Part shown: in pieces, positions 1 to 7,586 of the stretch
Layout of the letters: each line of letters starts with the position of its first letter
Position numbering within the stretch: the first letter of the stretch is position 1
NCBI GenBank assembly: GCA_037442865.1
Contig: JBBIPM010000002.1
Location: forward strand, 1-35,865
DNA: 35,865 nt
Source of the DNA: Candidatus Woesearchaeota archaeon
Lineage (GTDB): Archaea > Nanobdellota > Nanobdellia > Woesearchaeales > UBA525
Direction of reading: 5' to 3'
The notes under the pieces: generated by a model
The model's input: only the letters and a program-made list of their open reading frames with translations
Database searches by the model: none
Told to the model about the DNA's origin: nothing
Program-made: the position numbers and the translations under genes

Positions 1-1
1 T

Positions 2-271
2 TTCCCAATCTTCGTCGACAATCCTCGACGACGAGGCACGGAGACCAAGCAGCCGCCCTGGCCGCCCCTCAAGCGGTATCGCGTCTGCGTCGAACAATGC
101 AACAGCATCGTCAAGACACAGACGATGAAGAACCTCTGGACGCTCGTCAAGGGCTTCTGGGCCAAGGCGACGTTCGCCTTGGCCGCCGTGCTTGCGACGC
201 AAGCACTCGCCGTGTTCAATCTCACGACGAGAAACTACCCAACGATAAGAATGACCGAGGCGAGAGATTAA
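2..271 (+). CDS. 3' end of a gene cut by the left window edge; hypothetical protein with a C-terminal hydrophobic helix
   Basis: Frame 2 is open from position 2 to TAA at 269-271, with an internal ATG at 125. It is absent from the supplied track. Codons are mostly C/G-ending (ttc, atc, gtc, gac, aag), like the well-supported genes here. The translation ends ...MKNLWTLVKGFWAKATFALAAVLATQALAVFNLTTRNYPTIRMTEARD, which has one TM-like helix. I prefer this to track ORF 97..303 in another frame. Confidence 0.45.
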   Translation, partial: FPIFVDNPRRRGTETKQPPWPPLKRYRVCVEQCNSIVKTQTMKNLWTLVKGFWAKATFALAAVLATQALAVFNLTTRNYPTIRMTEARD

Positions 272-288
272 TTCTGCCCTACCCTATC

Positions 289-828
289 TTATTTCTTCTT
301 TAATATTTCGTAAAGATCTTTATCTAATTTTATCTGTCGCATTTTTCCCATCGCTTCTTTCGTTAGGATTCCTTTTCTGACAAGTCCTTCAATTATTCTA
401 TGTGCTTTTACTTTTGTGTATCCTTCCATGTATGTGATTTCCATTTGTTGTGTTTTGCCATTGTTTTCTACTATTTTGTTTATTACTTTTCTTTCCTCTG
501 GATCAACTAATTTCAATATTATATCAGTGTTATGTTCTATAATTTTCTCTTTCTTTTCAAGATCTATTGTGTTTATGAAGTAAATTACTGCTCCAACACC
601 TACTCCCAAAAAACCGAATATTGGAATGAAGTAATAGAATGGCACTCCTTCATTTGCTTGTCTTTCATAGATCGTTTGGATGATCTGCTCTTTTTGCATG
701 CTTTCAAGTTCAAGAGGATCTATTCTTCGCATATCTCTTGTATTGTCAATGTAGAATATAATGCTAGCTATAAGAAGTAAAAAACTCAATGCTATAAGCC
801 CAGATATGAACAGCTTTTTCTGCCTCAT
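289..828 (-). CDS. Membrane-anchored winged-helix (MarR/TrmB-like) transcriptional regulator
   Basis: 179-aa ORF. It has two hydrophobic helices (LFISGLIALSFLLLIASIIFYI; FYYFIPIFGFLGVGVGAVIYFI). These are followed by a wHTH-like C-terminal domain (EERKVINKIVENNGKTQQMEITYMEGYTKVKAHRIIEGLVRKGIL). Codon usage is A/T-rich, unlike the rest of the window. A TATA-like box lies ~27 nt upstream of the ATG (826-828). Confidence 0.75.
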   Translation of the reverse strand: MRQKKLFISGLIALSFLLLIASIIFYIDNTRDMRRIDPLELESMQKEQIIQTIYERQANEGVPFYYFIPIFGFLGVGVGAVIYFINTIDLEKKEKIIEHNTDIILKLVDPEERKVINKIVENNGKTQQMEITYMEGYTKVKAHRIIEGLVRKGILTKEAMGKMRQIKLDKDLYEILKKK

Positions 829-850
829 AAACGGGGTTAAGTCTGCCTAT

Positions 851-861
851 CTTTTAAATGT
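851..861 (-). promoter_or_regulatory. TATA box for the wHTH regulator gene (leaderless spacing)
   Basis: CTTTTAAATGT is centred ~27 nt upstream of the minus-strand ATG at 828. Confidence 0.5.
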
Positions 862-871
862 TACTTTCTTT

Positions 872-946
872 AGTTTCAATTTTTTGAAACTCAGTTTCAA
901 CAAATTAGTAATATGGTTTCAACCATATGATACTATAGGTTGAAAC
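872..946. promoter_or_regulatory. Operator-like array of five GTTTCAA/TTGAAAC half-sites in the divergent intergenic region
   Basis: There is a perfect palindrome AGTTTCAA-TTTT-TTGAAACT at 872-891 and a lone GTTTCAA at 894-900. An inverted pair, GGTTTCAACC (915-924) and GGTTGAAAC (938-946), flanks a 13-nt A/T-rich spacer (atatgatactata) that looks like the TATA box of the + gene. Confidence 0.6.
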
Positions 947-974
947 AAAGATTTCAGCCTGAGAGGTAACCAAA

Positions 975-1430
975 ATGAAAAACCAAATGTTACGGGGACT
1001 TTTCGCATTATTCGTTGTGAGCATCGTATCGCTCGCAGGAATAGCTTATGCGTATAAAGGATACCCAAATGTAAAAGGACCTAACTATAATGCAGATGTG
1101 CATGAGAAGTTAGAGGCGGCAATGGAAGCGGGAGACTACGATACCTGGATAAAGATAAGACAGGATAATAACTTGCCAACAAAAGGAAGAATATTCCGGG
1201 TAATCAATGAAGACAACTTTGACAAATATGTAGAGCTTCATGAAGCAAACCTTGCAGGAGACACAGAAAAAGCTGATGCTATCAAAGCAGAGCTTGGTCT
1301 TGGACAGGGAATGATGAAAAGAGGCAATGGTCAAGGCAAAATGACCGGTTCAGGCAGCGGTCTTCAGAGGAACTTTGTTGATGCAAACAACGACGATCTT
1401 TGTGACAGTTGCGGAAGAGCAAAGAACTAA
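975..1430 (+). CDS. Small secreted or membrane-anchored hypothetical protein
   Basis: 151-aa ORF. The SD-like GAGAGGT (961-967) lies 8 nt before the ATG. It has an N-terminal signal or anchor helix (LFALFVVSIVSLAGIAYA), a Gly/Met-rich linker (GLGQGMMKRGNGQGKMTGSGSG), and a C-terminal FVDANNDDLCDSCG motif resembling DxDxDG-type calcium-binding loops. Codon usage is low-GC. Confidence 0.7.
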   Translation: MKNQMLRGLFALFVVSIVSLAGIAYAYKGYPNVKGPNYNADVHEKLEAAMEAGDYDTWIKIRQDNNLPTKGRIFRVINEDNFDKYVELHEANLAGDTEKADAIKAELGLGQGMMKRGNGQGKMTGSGSGLQRNFVDANNDDLCDSCGRAKN

Positions 1431-1438
1431 ATTCAAAA

Positions 1439-1456
1439 CTTTTCTTTTTCTTTTTT
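1439..1456 (+). terminator. Oligo-T tract after the 975..1430 gene
   Basis: cttttctttttcttttttt starts ~9 nt after the stop codon. Archaeal termination typically occurs at T-runs. Confidence 0.45.
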
Positions 1457-1470
1457 TGGTATTGTACCAT

Positions 1471-1699
1471 TTAAAGTACTTTAATTCTGTAGTGGAGTAG
1501 GTTTCCCCACATCCAGACTTTCGTTGCGATGCCCTCCGCGATTGCTGGCATCAGTCTTTCTCGGAGTTTATGCATGAAATTCCAGTAAAACTGGAAAAGC
1601 CCGATGGCGTTCGAGAGCCGATCACGGTTCTTCGCGTAGCATTTTCTCCGACGGACGATGCGTCCGACGCGCTCCTCATCGTGTATCTCTTTCTCCCCT
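1471..1699 (-). pseudogene. C-terminal remnant of a DDE-type transposase
   Basis: The translation ...RRRKCYAKNRDRLSNAIGLFQFYWNFMHKLRERLMPAIAEGIATKVWMWGNLL matches the conserved tail seen in several IS transposase families (...YNF..H..L...TPA.A.G....W...LL). Only ~70 aa are present and no catalytic domain. It starts directly after the stop of the FkbM gene (1700) and ends at the GC/AT compositional boundary. Confidence 0.5.
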
Positions 1700-2452
1700 T
1701 TATCTTTCTTGTCGCTCCGCATCGATATACTGGCCGCGGACAGTGACGCGGAACCCCTTCCGTTCAAGGTACGTTGCGAGGGCCTCTTTGTTGTATCCTC
1801 GCAGCTTCTTGATGGTGTGGCATTCGATGATGAGCCGTCGGATCCTTCGGAGGACGTCCTGAGGAGCGCTGTAGAGGATGGGGTACTCGCTCCCCTCCGT
1901 GTCGATCTTCAGTAGGTCGCAGGCAAGTATCTTATAACGCCGAAAGAGCTCTGCGAGGCTGATCGCTGTGACTTTGACGGCATGGTCGCTCTCCATCAGG
2001 GCAGAATGGCCGCCCGTATTGATGTCGCTGACATAGAATGTGAGCACCCGGTTCTTGTCAGAGACTGCGAGGTTGACAGGGATGATCCCTTGCTGGAGCC
2101 CGTTGTCCGCCACGTTCCGCACCAGGAGATCGAAGTTCTCTTTCCACGGCTCGAACGCGTAGACCTTGCAACCTCGGTGGGCGGCGTATGTTGAGAAGAT
2201 TCCGATCTGAGCGCCGAGATCGATGACGATATTCCCTGTCCCGAGCCTGTGGAGGTTGTAGTCCTCCAGCAGCCAGACCTCGTTGACGATGCCCCGGTCG
2301 CATGTGCCTGGCCGGAGCGTGTAGGCGAGGCCATTACGGAGCCGCAGCGTGTAGGTCGGGCGTCGGAGGAGCCGGGTGTAATCGAGGAGGTATGCCGGCC
2401 AGCTCTTCACCTGGCGGAGCACCTTGAAGAGGAGCGCGACCTTCCCTGCCAT
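1700..2452 (-). CDS. FkbM-family SAM-dependent methyltransferase
   Basis: 250 aa with FkbM-type motifs: VIDLGAQIGIFSTYAA (SAM-binding glycine loop), AFEP, and LKIDTEGSEY. A TATA box lies ~28 nt upstream of the ATG (2450-2452). Confidence 0.85.
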   Translation of the reverse strand: MAGKVALLFKVLRQVKSWPAYLLDYTRLLRRPTYTLRLRNGLAYTLRPGTCDRGIVNEVWLLEDYNLHRLGTGNIVIDLGAQIGIFSTYAAHRGCKVYAFEPWKENFDLLVRNVADNGLQQGIIPVNLAVSDKNRVLTFYVSDINTGGHSALMESDHAVKVTAISLAELFRRYKILACDLLKIDTEGSEYPILYSAPQDVLRRIRRLIIECHTIKKLRGYNKEALATYLERKGFRVTVRGQYIDAERQER

Positions 2453-2474
2453 CAGCTGCCGGCGCGACGCCCGC

Positions 2475-2484
2475 TTTAAAAAAT
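2475..2484 (-). promoter_or_regulatory. TATA box for the FkbM gene (leaderless spacing)
   Basis: TTTAAAAAAT is centred ~28 nt upstream of the minus-strand ATG at 2452. Confidence 0.5.
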
Positions 2485-2708
2485 CTTTGGCCCACCCCGC
2501 CGCGGGGAACGGCCTTCCAGTCGCGGTGGGAGAGCCGAGGGGCGCCCCTTTGGCCGCCTTTCCGATTGCGGAGCGGTCGCACGAGGCTTACTCGCTGATG
2601 CTCGTGGGTGCCGGAGCAAGTCCGGAACCTCGGAAAAACAGCAATTTCACAGCCGATGGCGGCCGGGGCGCCGGACGAGACGTCCACCGCGGCCCGGTCT
2701 TCCATTCC

Positions 2709-2718
2709 CTTTAAAAAC
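2709..2718 (+). promoter_or_regulatory. TATA box for the flippase gene (leaderless spacing)
   Basis: CTTTAAAAAC is centred ~26 nt upstream of the ATG at 2740. This supports 2740 rather than the track start at 2608. Confidence 0.55.
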
Positions 2719-2739
2719 GACGGACGTTTCACGTGCCGG

Positions 2740-4245
2740 ATGGCGAACCGGCCCCCTGCTGACGCCCCTGACGCCCTCCGGTCAGTGCCGCTCTTCTACG
2801 CCTGGACCGGCATCGGCCTGGTGGTCAGCTATCTCTTCCGCATCCTGCTCGCCCGCTCCCTGACCCCTGAACAATACGGCACCTTCTACGCGGTCATCGG
2901 ATTCATCGGCTTCCTCCTCATTTTCAATGATTTCGGCCTCGGCTCCTCCTTCCTCTTCCACATGATCCGGTGGAAAGAGAGCCCGCGGAAGAGTGCCGGC
3001 GTCTTCACTTTCGTCGTCGCCGCTAAGCTCTGCATCGCGCTCCTCCTCGGAGGACTCCTTCTCCTCTTCCATGACGCCGTCGCGATCCATTTCTTCCGGA
3101 ATCCCTCCCTTGGGCCTGTCTTGACGCTCTTCTCCGTCTTCTTCCTCTTCGAGACGCTCCTCGCCATCGCGGCGAAATACTTCGCCGCCACTGGCCGCCT
3201 CCATCTCTATGCGGCGCATGACCATGTCAGGATGGCGCTCATCCTGCTCTTCAGCGTCGCAGCCCTTTTGTTCCTCCCTCCCCCGCGCATCTTGACCGGG
3301 TTCTTCTTCGCGTGGTTCCTCTCGTTCGTGGTCGCAGGGACGGTCGGGGCACTCCTCGTCCCTTTCCGGCGGCTGACGCTCTTCCGGCCCGTTCCCGGCG
3401 TCGCGAAGACGGTCACGCTCTTCGCCCTCTTCACCTTCTTCTCCGCCGCCGCGGACATCATCCTGAGCCGGATAGACATCCTCTTCATCACGTACTACCG
3501 TTCGGCCGTAGAAGTGGGCCTCTACGAGGTCGCCGTCCCGGTCGCGACGATGCTCACCTTCTTCTTCGCCCCGCTCAACAAGTTCCTCGGACCGATGGTG
3601 ATGCACCGTCGCCGAGAGCAATCGAGCTTCCTCAGCGACACCCTCTCTGGCTTCTATGGCGCGGGCCTCTTCCTCCTCCTCCCCCTGGCGCTCATCCTCA
3701 TCCTCTACGCCTCAGAGGTGATAGTTGCGCTCTTCGGCGCCGCGTACCTTGCAGCGACGCCGGCGCTCGTCATCCTGACGGTCCAGACATTCCTCTTCTC
3801 CTTCGTGAGCCTCAATCTTCTCTTCCTCTATTCGCTCGGCTACCCGAAGACGCAGATGTACATTCTCTACGCCGCCGCCGCGGTCAAGGTGCTCCTCAAC
3901 CTCGCCTTCGTCCCCCGCTTCGGATTCATCGGGGCCGCGGCCACCACGCTCCTCTCCACCGCTCTCCTCCTCCTCGCGACGGTGGTCGCCCTCCGGCGAC
4001 ACGTCCGGTTCCGGGTCTCATTTAGGGCCCTTGGTCTCACCTTCCTCCTCGCGGCTCTCACCTTCGCTTCGGCGCTCACCCTGAAGCGATTGTTGGCGCT
4101 CCCGCTCCACCTCGAGGCGGGGCTCATCGGCGTCACGTTCCTCCTCTGCTACTACTGCGTCGGCCTCTTCCTCTTCCGGCTTGCCGACTGGCGACAGCTC
4201 CTCGGCCTGGCGAGACGGTTCCTCCACGGCTTCAAACCAGGATGA
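2740..4245 (+). CDS. Wzx-like polysaccharide/oligosaccharide flippase (MOP superfamily)
   Basis: About 500 aa, almost entirely hydrophobic helices (12 or more TM-like segments) separated by short Arg-rich loops. Size and pattern are typical of 'polysaccharide biosynthesis protein' flippases, and it sits in a glycosylation cluster. The start is set at ATG 2740 (MANRPP...) by TATA spacing. Confidence 0.72.
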   Translation: MANRPPADAPDALRSVPLFYAWTGIGLVVSYLFRILLARSLTPEQYGTFYAVIGFIGFLLIFNDFGLGSSFLFHMIRWKESPRKSAGVFTFVVAAKLCIALLLGGLLLLFHDAVAIHFFRNPSLGPVLTLFSVFFLFETLLAIAAKYFAATGRLHLYAAHDHVRMALILLFSVAALLFLPPPRILTGFFFAWFLSFVVAGTVGALLVPFRRLTLFRPVPGVAKTVTLFALFTFFSAAADIILSRIDILFITYYRSAVEVGLYEVAVPVATMLTFFFAPLNKFLGPMVMHRRREQSSFLSDTLSGFYGAGLFLLLPLALILILYASEVIVALFGAAYLAATPALVILTVQTFLFSFVSLNLLFLYSLGYPKTQMYILYAAAAVKVLLNLAFVPRFGFIGAAATTLLSTALLLLATVVALRRHVRFRVSFRALGLTFLLAALTFASALTLKRLLALPLHLEAGLIGVTFLLCYYCVGLFLFRLADWRQLLGLARRFLHGFKPG

Positions 4246-4308
4246 ATCAAGAGATTCGCAAAGGGAAGATTCACGTCCACCGCCCGCCACGAAGCCCCTT
4301 CCACAACC

Positions 4309-4319
4309 GTTATAAATGG
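4309..4319 (+). promoter_or_regulatory. TATA box upstream of the neuB operon
   Basis: GTTATAAATGG lies ~50 nt before the GTG start at 4366. The SD GGAGAGGAGG (4347-4356) lies between them. Confidence 0.45.
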
Positions 4320-4365
4320 CTCGCCGCTTTCGTTTCTCAAGCTCCTGGAGAGGAGGAATCATACT

Positions 4366-5166
4366 GTGCGCACCCTGATCATCGCTGATGTCACGTCGAA
4401 CCACGGTGGTGACTTGGACCTCGCTAGGCGATTCATCCGGACGGCGGCTGAGTGCGGCGCCGACTACATCAAGTTCCAGTCCTGGCGGGCGTGCAAGGTG
4501 CGGCTCTCGGATCCGCAGAAGGCGTGGTTCGAGAAGGCGGAACTGAAGGACGAAGACCATCGCATCCTGATCGAGGAATGCAAACGGCACGAGATAGGGT
4601 TCTTGACGACTATCTTCGACATTGAACGGATCGAGTTCCTTGCTTCGCTCGGGATCGACACGATCAAGGTGCCGAGCCCCGACGCCGCGAGCTACACGAT
4701 GCTCGCCGCGCTCAGGCAGCGGTTCAAGAATATCATCGTCTCGGTAGGCATGGCAACCGAACAGGAGATTAAGAAGACGACGGAACTCCTACGGTCCGGG
4801 CGATTCTCGCTTCTTCACTGCGTTTCCCTCTACCCCGTCCCGGACGACTTGGCGAATGTCCGGAAGATGCTCGCGCTCCGAGACTTCGCGGAGAGCGTCG
4901 GCTACAGCGATCACACGGTCGGCAACGACGCGGCGAAACTCGCCATCGCTCTCGGAGCGGCATACGTCGAGAAGCACTTTTGCCTCTCCCGTGACGGCAC
5001 GCTTGGTCGGAGCAACCCCTGGGACATGACGCCCGACGACCTGAGAGAGATATGCGGTTTTTCGCAGCGTGCGGAGCAGTTGCTGGGAGACGGCTCGCTC
5101 ATCGTGAGCGCCCAGGAACTGGAGAATCGGCCACGGTTTGTCGGACGTTGGGGGGACAACCGATGA
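4366..5166 (+). CDS. neuB: Nonulosonic (sialic) acid synthase, NeuB family; TIM-barrel domain only, no C-terminal SAF domain
   Basis: N-terminal signature IIADVTSNHGGDLDLARRFIRTAAECGADYIKFQ (NeuB: IAEIG.NHNGdl.lAk.li..A...GAd.vKFQ). Later motifs are KVPS, LLHCVSLYP and GYSDHT. It is 266 aa, with a GTG start behind a strong SD. Confidence 0.85.
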   Translation: MRTLIIADVTSNHGGDLDLARRFIRTAAECGADYIKFQSWRACKVRLSDPQKAWFEKAELKDEDHRILIEECKRHEIGFLTTIFDIERIEFLASLGIDTIKVPSPDAASYTMLAALRQRFKNIIVSVGMATEQEIKKTTELLRSGRFSLLHCVSLYPVPDDLANVRKMLALRDFAESVGYSDHTVGNDAAKLAIALGAAYVEKHFCLSRDGTLGRSNPWDMTPDDLREICGFSQRAEQLLGDGSLIVSAQELENRPRFVGRWGDNR

Positions 5167-6338
5167 AGTTGACCGCGATACTCCTCGACCATCATCAGCT
5201 CAGCAGGGAGTGCTTGGATGAATATGAAACGCGGACGAGGTCGCTCTGCGAGACCCTCGCGAAGCTCAGGATTGAGACTCTCCTCCTCACCAACAACCGC
5301 TATGCGTGGTCGCCGAGGACGGTCGAATTCCCGAACGAGCTCATCGATGCATGTCGCGAACGCGTCGTCCGCTATGCACTCCAACAGACGAGGATGACCG
5401 GTCCGATCATTGTTTTGGACCCTCGTTATGGCATCGCCCGAACGGACCTCGAGGAGGCGATCGTCTGCTACGGTGACCGTCCATCCATCCTCCTCACCGC
5501 GGGGAAGAACGGCGTAATCAACGAGGCGCTCCTCATCGCTGATGCGACAGCCTACGCAACGGATGGCGAGGAGGCGCTCTGCTACGAGGACCCTTATCTC
5601 CTCATGCTTTCCGAAGAGAAATCCTTTCCGCTCGGATGGTCGCGGGGACAGGAACTAGCATATACGACGGAACGCCAGCTTCATTTCGCGCGCATCTACC
5701 CAGACCGGATCGGCGAGGCGCTTGACGCGGACGCCAACAGTCCGGATGATTTGCTCCGCGCCTCCCGCGACAACCCTGAACGCGTCGCATGCATCGGTTC
5801 GATTCCTTCGGGTGAGCGTTGTCTCGACGTCGGTTGCAGCGATGGAGCAATCACGATCATCCTCGGCCGGAGCGGGAAACGGATCAAGGGCATCGACATC
5901 CTTCCTGAAGCGATTGAGAAGGCGAAGGCGCGGCTCGCCAAGGAACCAACCGAGATCCGGAAACGTGTCTCGTTCGCTTGTGTCCCCGCCGAATCCTTCT
6001 TGATGGGTGAGACGTTCGATACGATATATTTGACCGAGGTCCTCGAGCACATTCCAATCGACATCGACCGGCAGCTCCTTGCTAAGTACGCCTCGGCGCT
6101 CGCCCCCGGCGGCAACATGGTCGTCTCAGTTCCGAATCGGATGGCCGCCGAACGCTACGTCGCCGAACGACGGACAAGATGGTTTTTCGGCGGCCACGTC
6201 ACGCACTTCACCGCGCTCTCCCTTAAGCGCCTCCTCACCGAATACTTTTCCTCTGTCACGTTCCACACGCTGCCTGGCGACGAGCGGCCTCAAGACGGCG
6301 TCTTCCTCATCTGCGATTGCAAGGGGAGGAAACGATGA
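5163..6338 (+). CDS. Two-domain protein: ~230-aa N-terminal domain of unknown function fused to a class I SAM methyltransferase
   Basis: ATG 5163 overlaps the neuB stop (ATGA) and is preceded by GGGGGG at 5150-5155. The C-terminal half has class I methyltransferase motifs: CLDVGCSDGAITIILG (motif I), IYLTEVLEHIP, and LAPGGNMVVSVPN. I recognise no motif in the N-terminal half. Confidence 0.75.
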   Translation: MKLTAILLDHHQLSRECLDEYETRTRSLCETLAKLRIETLLLTNNRYAWSPRTVEFPNELIDACRERVVRYALQQTRMTGPIIVLDPRYGIARTDLEEAIVCYGDRPSILLTAGKNGVINEALLIADATAYATDGEEALCYEDPYLLMLSEEKSFPLGWSRGQELAYTTERQLHFARIYPDRIGEALDADANSPDDLLRASRDNPERVACIGSIPSGERCLDVGCSDGAITIILGRSGKRIKGIDILPEAIEKAKARLAKEPTEIRKRVSFACVPAESFLMGETFDTIYLTEVLEHIPIDIDRQLLAKYASALAPGGNMVVSVPNRMAAERYVAERRTRWFFGGHVTHFTALSLKRLLTEYFSSVTFHTLPGDERPQDGVFLICDCKGRKR

Positions 6339-7570
6339 GTTCCCGATCCGTAAACAGCGGATTGGTTGAGGACCGGTCAGGAATGATCTCCTCCTCCCAA
6401 AAGGGCGACGCGAAGAGGAGGCGGAAGGTGTGCGTCGTCATCGCGAGCAGGGCGCACTACGGTCGGCTCAAGCCCGTTCTCAATGCGATCTCCGAACACT
6501 CGCTCCTCGAACTCCAGCTGGTCGTCGGCGCCTCTGCGCTGCTACAACGATACGGAAACATCAGGAAGACCATAGAGGAAGACGGATTCACCGTGAAGAT
6601 GACCTATTACGCCATTCTTGAAGGAGAGAACCCTCTGACGATGGCCAAATCGACCGGCCTCGCGATAATGGAACTCTCGACGATCTTCGACAACCTGAAG
6701 CCGGACATCGTCCTGACCCACGCGGACCGCTACGAGACCCTCGCCACCGCGATCGCGGCCACGTACATGAATATACCCCTTGCCCATAATCAGGGTGGTG
6801 AGGTGACCGGCTCCATCGACGAGAGCGTGCGGCATGCCATCACGAAGCTCGCGCACATCCATCTCACCACCAACGAGGAGACTGCGCGCCGCATCATCGC
6901 CATGGGTGAGCCGGAGGAGACGGTCTTCATCACCGGGTGTCCTTCCATCGACCTCGTCAAGAGCCTTAGGCTGCGAATCGATGACGGATTCGATCGGCGA
7001 TATGCGTCGACGGGCGTGGGGACCCCTATCGATTTCCGGAAGCCCTATCTCGTTGTGATGCAGCATCCCGTCACGACGGAGTATGGCGCTGGTCTGCAGC
7101 AGGTGGAGGAGACCCTCGCCGCGATCGAGGACCTTCAGGTTCAGACCGCCTGGTTCTGGCCGAACGTGGATGCCGGTTCCGATGAGATCTCGAAGGGGTT
7201 GCGCCTCTTCCGCGAGCGCCACCGGAACGGGAACGTCCACTTCTTCAAGAACCTCCCTCCGGAGGATTTCTTGACGCTCATCGCTAACGCGGCATGCTGC
7301 GTCGGCAATTCGAGCAGCTTCATCCGCGAAGGCTCCTTCCTCGGCGTCCCCGCCGTCGAGATCGGCAGCCGGCAGGAAGGGCGTGCGGTCGCGGAGAACG
7401 TCCTCCGGGTCCCGAGCGATCGGGAGCGGATCCGGGCCGCCATCGAGCAACAGCTTGCCCACGGTCGCTATCCTTCCTCGACCCTCTACGGCGACGGGAA
7501 CGCGAGCGGGCGGATCGTCGAGGTCCTCGCTTCGTGCGAGCTCAAGATACAGAAGCGGATCACGTACTGA
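6335..7570 (+). CDS. neuC: UDP-N-acetylglucosamine 2-epimerase (hydrolysing), NeuC family
   Basis: ATG 6335 overlaps the upstream stop (ATGA), with the SD GGGGAGGA at 6323-6330. Epimerase_2 pattern: KVCVVIASRAHYGRLKPV..., HADRYETLATAIAATYMNIPLAHNQGGEVTGSIDESVRHAITKLAHIHL. Confidence 0.85.
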   Translation: MSSRSVNSGLVEDRSGMISSSQKGDAKRRRKVCVVIASRAHYGRLKPVLNAISEHSLLELQLVVGASALLQRYGNIRKTIEEDGFTVKMTYYAILEGENPLTMAKSTGLAIMELSTIFDNLKPDIVLTHADRYETLATAIAATYMNIPLAHNQGGEVTGSIDESVRHAITKLAHIHLTTNEETARRIIAMGEPEETVFITGCPSIDLVKSLRLRIDDGFDRRYASTGVGTPIDFRKPYLVVMQHPVTTEYGAGLQQVEETLAAIEDLQVQTAWFWPNVDAGSDEISKGLRLFRERHRNGNVHFFKNLPPEDFLTLIANAACCVGNSSSFIREGSFLGVPAVEIGSRQEGRAVAENVLRVPSDRERIRAAIEQQLAHGRYPSSTLYGDGNASGRIVEVLASCELKIQKRITY

Positions 7571-7586
7571 GCCTCAGGAGCCTCCC

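Noticed and set aside
97-303. 68-aa track ORF at the left edge
   Set aside because: It has an Arg/Asp/Gln-rich composition and runs across the GC/AT boundary. The overlapping frame 2..271 has genome-typical codon bias and a TM helix, and is preferred.
2487-2706. 220-bp G+C-rich spacer between the two divergent TATA boxes (FkbM and flippase), with an 8-bp long-range inverted match (CGCGGTGG ~2523 / CCACCGCG ~2684)
   Set aside because: An 8-bp complementarity over 220 nt of G+C-rich DNA is not significant. I found no other structure or ORF support.
2782-3621. 279-aa Glu/Asp/Arg-rich minus-strand ORF inside the flippase gene. Similar long antisense or off-frame ORFs occur at 6542..7462, 8252..9028, 9072..9782, 11962..12702, 18245..18790, 20376..21548, 26217..27161, 27757..28836 and 35078..35644.
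   Set aside because: All lie opposite to, or out of frame with, genes that have clear family motifs. Their compositions (Arg/Pro/Ser/Glu-rich, no motifs) are what random open frames in ~60% G+C DNA look like.
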